From: Thermodesulfobacteriota bacterium
Lineage (GTDB): Bacteria; Desulfobacterota; Binatia; Bin18
Reading direction: 5' to 3'
Assembly: GCA_964291405.2 (NCBI GenBank)
Contig: OZ219926.1
Span: 704,001 to 768,000 of the forward strand
Length of the DNA: 64,000 bases
A program made the position numbers and the translations under genes. Of the stretch, positions 59,821-64,000 are shown piece by piece (position 1 is the first letter of the stretch; every line of letters starts with the position of its first letter). A model generated the notes under the pieces. That model ran no database searches. It had not been told where the DNA came from and saw nothing but the letters and a program-made list of their open reading frames with translations.

Positions 59821-60642
59821 TCACTTTCCTGACCAACGTGGCGGACGCTTTTCGGTAAAGGCGGCGACACCTTCCCGGAAGTCTGACTCGGTCATCATGC
59901 GGTCAATCAGGCTGCGCGAACGCCGGACCGCCGAGGCCGCGTCGCCGTGCAAGTCGGCATAGATCTGGTTTTTGGTTACCCGCAACGACCCAGGGGAAAC
60001 ACGGGCTATCATCTTGCGGATGTAGTCGTACGTGTAGGGTAGGAGTTCGTCGAACGGCAGGACTTTATTGACCAGCCCCAATTCATAGGCTTCTTCTGCC
60101 AGAAAGATGCGGCTCGTGAGCAGGATATCATTCGCCCGCGTGACGCCCATCAGGCGCGGGAGCAGCCAGGACAGACCAAACTCAGCCGGCAGGTTCAGGG
60201 CTCCGTGAGCAGTTGTGAATTTCGCGCCTTCCGCGGCAAAACGGATATCGGCATAGCAGGCGACAGCCAGACCAGCACCAGCGACCGCGCCGTTAATGGC
60301 CGCAATCACCGGTTTGGTCAGGCCAAATTGATACGCGAAATCCGCGTCAAACTCGGGTCGGACACCATAGCCAGGAGTCGGCATTGAGTCTGGAGTGCCT
60401 GGGTCGTAGCCACCTTTTTCAACATGTCCTTCAAGCGCCCGCGAATCTGCCCCAACGCAAAAATCTCGGCCCGCTCCGGTCACGAGAATGACTCGCACCT
60501 CCGGGTCGTTCTCGGCTTGCTCAATAGACCAGCGATACTCAACGTGCATTCTCCCCGTCCACGAGTTTCTGCGCTGAGGACGGTTGAGGGTGATCGTGGC
60601 GATATGGTCTCTGACGGTATATGCAATGACTTTCCGTTCCAT
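59821..60642 (-). CDS. Enoyl-CoA hydratase/isomerase family
   Basis: ITLNRP, FCVGAD, KPVIAAINGAVAG, DFREGVAAFTEKRPP. Confidence 0.93.
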   Translation of the reverse strand: MERKVIAYTVRDHIATITLNRPQRRNSWTGRMHVEYRWSIEQAENDPEVRVILVTGAGRDFCVGADSRALEGHVEKGGYDPGTPDSMPTPGYGVRPEFDADFAYQFGLTKPVIAAINGAVAGAGLAVACYADIRFAAEGAKFTTAHGALNLPAEFGLSWLLPRLMGVTRANDILLTSRIFLAEEAYELGLVNKVLPFDELLPYTYDYIRKMIARVSPGSLRVTKNQIYADLHGDAASAVRRSRSLIDRMMTESDFREGVAAFTEKRPPRWSGK

Positions 60643-60666
60643 AGCATCCCCTTTTATACGTACGGA

Positions 60667-61506
60667 TTACCCCCGCCAACTATTTGCCAGGCGCGCAAAG
60701 GCCTCAAGGCTCAGCGTCTCGCCACGGCGCTGCAAGTCAATATCCGCTCGTTGGCCAATGGCTTCAAGGTCTGCCCCACCAACTCCGCGCAACGCGTTAC
60801 GGAGTGTTTTTCTACGTTGATTGAAGGCCGCCTTCACGATCCGGCGAAACAGGCTTTCATCAGCAACGGCAACCCGGGGCTCCTTGTGGAAAATCAGTTT
60901 AATCACTTGAGAGTGCACTTGGGGTGCAGGGAAAAAGCTGCGGGGTGCAACCGAGTACACCGCTTCCGTCGTCGCGTAGAGTTGAATCAAGACGGACAGC
61001 ACGCCATACGCCTTTGTCCCTGGGGAGGCCGTAATGCGCTCGGCCACCTCTCGTTGGAGCATGACCGTGGCCTGCGGGAACTGCGTCCGATGATCGAGCA
61101 GTCGAAACAGGATGGGAGTCGCCGCATTGTAGGGGAGGCTAGCTACGACCTTGAGAGACTGGGCTCGAAACATTTCCTTCAGCTCCAGGCGAAGAAAGTC
61201 AGCCACAATCATCTGGACGTGCCCATCGTGGGCGAAGCGTTCAGCTAGTCGTGCAGCCAAAGTCGTGTCCATTTCGACTAAAACGAGCTGCCCTGCTTGT
61301 TTGACCAAGACTTCAGATAACGCCCCGAGCCCCGGTCCGATCTCCAACACGTTATCTTCAGGGCGTATGGCCGCCGCCGTCACCATACGCTGGATCACGT
61401 CGGCATCAATCAGAAAATGCTGACCAAGACGTTTATGGGGACGAATGCCAAGTTCGCCAAGGGCGAAACGGGCTTGTTGAAACAAAGTTGGCGGGACGGC
61501 TTTCAC
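60667..61506 (-). CDS. rsmA: 16S rRNA m6,2A dimethyltransferase
   Basis: LGQHFL, LEIGPGLG, SLPYN, MLQREVAER, AFNQRRKTLRN. Confidence 0.95.
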   Translation of the reverse strand: MKAVPPTLFQQARFALGELGIRPHKRLGQHFLIDADVIQRMVTAAAIRPEDNVLEIGPGLGALSEVLVKQAGQLVLVEMDTTLAARLAERFAHDGHVQMIVADFLRLELKEMFRAQSLKVVASLPYNAATPILFRLLDHRTQFPQATVMLQREVAERITASPGTKAYGVLSVLIQLYATTEAVYSVAPRSFFPAPQVHSQVIKLIFHKEPRVAVADESLFRRIVKAAFNQRRKTLRNALRGVGGADLEAIGQRADIDLQRRGETLSLEAFARLANSWRG

Positions 61507-61518
61507 ACCGGGGCTCTC

Positions 61519-62541
61519 CTAGAAATTTTCTAACGGCAGCACGGCAGACGCATTCAGATCCAACCCGGAGCGCTGTCCCGCGGCAAGACGCCAGGCCCCG
61601 GCAAAAGCGATCATCGCCGCATTATCCGTACACAGCTTCAACGACGGGAAGAAGGACCGGAAACCGTTTTGCTCTCCAGCTTCGATCATGCACTGGCGCA
61701 GCCGGGAATTGGCCGAGACGCCGCCGGATACGACAACGCGACTGATGTTCAGATCACGAGCCACTCGTATAGAGGTGTCCACCACAGGGTCTACCACGGC
61801 TTCTTGATAACTAGCCGCTATATCGGCCTGGGTATACCGATCTCGCTCCGGAGAGACCAGAAATTGTCGTAGCGCAGTCTTAAGCCCACTATAGCTAAAG
61901 TCGCACCTCGCCGTTTTGATACGCGCACGGGGAAATCGAATGGCGTCCCGTCGGCCTGCTTTAGCGAGTTCATCAATAATCCGACCGCCTGGGTACCCGA
62001 GGCCGAGCATTTTCGCGCCTTTGTCGAACGCTTCACCGGCCGCATCATCCCGGGTCGCGCCGAGACGCTGGTAGTGTCCCCAATCCCGCGCAAGATATAA
62101 ACTCGTATGGCCACCGGACACTAATGCGCAGAGGAATGGAAAATCGACCTCGTGTTCAAGCTGCACCGCCAGCAAGTGTCCCTCAAGGTGATTGATACCA
62201 ATAAAGGGGAGATTCTTGGCAAAGGCGAGCGACTTCGCAAGCGACACGCCAACCAGCAACGAACCGACCAAACCCGGCCCAGCAGTGACGGCAATCCCGT
62301 CAATCGCGTCGAGAGTGATGTGGGCTTGCTCCAACGCCGCATCGAGAACGGGAAGGGCATTTTGGATATGCTGCCGCGAGGCTAGTTCGGGAACAATCCC
62401 ACCATAGGGGCCATGAACCGAATCCTGAGATGAGACAATATTAGACAGGATACGCCGTCCACGCAGGACGGCCACGGCCGTGTCATCGCACGAGGACTCA
62501 ATGCCCAAGACCGTAAATTCCTTTTGACCCGGCATGTTCAC
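61519..62541 (-). CDS. tsaD: tRNA N6-adenosine threonylcarbamoyltransferase
   Basis: LGIESSCDDT, GGIVPELASR, NHLEGH, VSGGHT, DDAAGEAFDK, CTDNAAMIA. Confidence 0.96.
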   Translation of the reverse strand: MNMPGQKEFTVLGIESSCDDTAVAVLRGRRILSNIVSSQDSVHGPYGGIVPELASRQHIQNALPVLDAALEQAHITLDAIDGIAVTAGPGLVGSLLVGVSLAKSLAFAKNLPFIGINHLEGHLLAVQLEHEVDFPFLCALVSGGHTSLYLARDWGHYQRLGATRDDAAGEAFDKGAKMLGLGYPGGRIIDELAKAGRRDAIRFPRARIKTARCDFSYSGLKTALRQFLVSPERDRYTQADIAASYQEAVVDPVVDTSIRVARDLNISRVVVSGGVSANSRLRQCMIEAGEQNGFRSFFPSLKLCTDNAAMIAFAGAWRLAAGQRSGLDLNASAVLPLENF

Positions 62542-63149
62542 TGCTCACTCTCATCGGGCAACCGGGCAAGGCCACTCATAGCGCGTAAGCTTTGCGGAGA
62601 AATTTCCAGGCAACGTTGGTAACTGCGTCGAGCCTCCCCATATTCTCCTAAATCCTCATGAATCATTCCCTGGAGACACTTCGTTCTCGCCATCCAATCC
62701 GCGTTCTCTTCCGATAACGCGAGCTCCGCTTTCAGTAAAAATACCAAGGCCTGGTGTGCGTCACCTTGAGCAAAAGTCGCACGACCGAGAAAATAATAAC
62801 CGTAGGGTTGCAAGGGGGCCATATTCACTGCTTGCTCAAAAAAGATACGGGCGCGATGGAAATCTTCCTGACTCAATGCGGCCTGGCCTTGTTCTACAAA
62901 ATGGAGGGCTATGCGATCCTGGGGAGAAAATACGGCAGGGTCAGGTAGGGGAGGAGCCTCGTGCTCTTGCAGCATTCCTCGATACTGTCGTTGTCCTCCG
63001 TTTTGCTGCGCTGCTTCTTCGACTTGATTATGCGCTGTACCTTCTTGCGCGTATCCGGTGAGACTTCCACCTACCAACACGAGAATGACACTCGGCAGCA
63101 GAGACCTCGCTAGAGAACGCAGTAGCGCGATTACAATATATTCCACCAC
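62538..63149 (-). CDS. Exported TPR-repeat protein
   Basis: Signal-like segment; TPR-type helices (YYFLGRA..., QGMIHEDLGEYGEARRSYQRCLEISP). Confidence 0.75.
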   Translation of the reverse strand: MVEYIVIALLRSLARSLLPSVILVLVGGSLTGYAQEGTAHNQVEEAAQQNGGQRQYRGMLQEHEAPPLPDPAVFSPQDRIALHFVEQGQAALSQEDFHRARIFFEQAVNMAPLQPYGYYFLGRATFAQGDAHQALVFLLKAELALSEENADWMARTKCLQGMIHEDLGEYGEARRSYQRCLEISPQSLRAMSGLARLPDESEQ

Positions 63150-64000
63150 GGTTTTGATCGGCTCGGTTGGAGTGATGGCGTATCGGCTGAAACGGGGTGC
63201 AAAGACTCAGACAGCACCACAGGCGGTGCTCCAACAGGAAGTTTTGGTTCTGGGAATTGGTGGTCTGCTGACGTCGTACGAACGGGAGGACGGTGGGGGA
63301 TCGGGCCAGACGTATGGTACGGACACGAAAGAATCGGCTCCTGCCCCTTTGGGAAAGCTTCTTGCATGACATTGGGACAATATGGAGTCGCACGCAGACC
63401 AGTTTGTTGATCAATCGCCACGAGCGTCACTCCAGGTGGAGACGAAAAGTCCGTGACCGGCCTCCCTACCGTCGCGCGCTTCATAAATGCAGTCCAAATA
63501 GGTAAGGCTACTTGGGCGCCGGAGAGGTTGAGCGAAATTCGGCGATCGAATCCGACCCACACAGCCGTTAAGAGATCGGGCGTATAGCCTACAAACCAAG
63601 CGTCTCCGTAATCGTTCGTGGTCCCCGTCTTTCCTGCGGCAGGACGGACAAAGCCCCGCCGACGGGCTCCCACACCCGTTCCCTGTTTCATTACGCCCTC
63701 CAGCAGGTGAGTCAAAACATACGCATCATCTGGATGAATCCGCCGTTTGACCGCCATCTGATGCTGCTCAATTATTTCCCCCGTACGACTGGTGATCCAG
63801 TGAATAGTCTCTGGCCGTGTCGCAATACCTTGATTGGCCAGAGTACTATACGCGAAGGCGACCTCGAGGGGTGTCACCTCAGCCGCTCCGAGAGCAAGTG
63901 AAGGGTAGGCCGGCAAAGGACTGGTAAAGCCCAGACGAACAGCCATTTGGCGAGCGGGTTCAAGGCCGACTTCCTGGGCGATACGCGCCGTCGCCGCATT
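63131..64000 (-). CDS. Class A penicillin-binding protein (PBP1A/1B), C-terminal part, truncated by window edge
   Basis: SLALGAAEVTPLE, AAGKTGTTND..DAWFVGYTP, VWVGFD; frame open to window end. Confidence 0.92.
   Translation of the reverse strand, partial: NAATARIAQEVGLEPARQMAVRLGFTSPLPAYPSLALGAAEVTPLEVAFAYSTLANQGIATRPETIHWITSRTGEIIEQHQMAVKRRIHPDDAYVLTHLLEGVMKQGTGVGARRRGFVRPAAGKTGTTNDYGDAWFVGYTPDLLTAVWVGFDRRISLNLSGAQVALPIWTAFMKRATVGRPVTDFSSPPGVTLVAIDQQTGLRATPYCPNVMQEAFPKGQEPILSCPYHTSGPIPHRPPVRTTSADHQFPEPKLPVGAPPVVLSESLHPVSADTPSLQPSRSKPWWNIL

Noticed and set aside
1-64000. CRISPR array, cas genes, integrase or transposase
   Set aside because: No regularly spaced direct repeats or recognisable mobile-element ORFs seen

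Overview
GC-rich bacterial chromosomal window, with gene content and operator consensus suggesting a deltaproteobacterial/Binatia-like lineage (inference). In order: cobalamin genes (cobD end, riboswitch-controlled btuB, cbiA, cobQ); housekeeping and catabolic genes; tRNA-Arg and tRNA-Ser; a ~12 kb iron-homeostasis region (19.97-31.98 kb); a compositionally distinct hydantoinase/isochorismatase/LLM cluster; ilvB-lrp-gltBD (gltB has a 1-nt frameshift); two in-frame-UGA selenoprotein genes missed or split by the ORF track; then xth, nuoFG, rsmA, tsaD and a class A PBP. The iron region is the best candidate for an undescribed system. It has five Fur-type boxes, an imelysin and a di-haem protein sharing the same ~165-aa N-terminal IPCCG domain, three paralogous small Cys-containing proteins, a Com-like zinc ribbon, a ferritin-like protein with altered ligands, a CDGSH protein and feoAB. 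It also has three non-coding GC stem-loops with C/U-rich (anti-Shine-Dalgarno-like) loops, one lying downstream of its own Fur-boxed promoter (candidate iron-sparing sRNA family). All calls are by eye from motifs; no searches were run.
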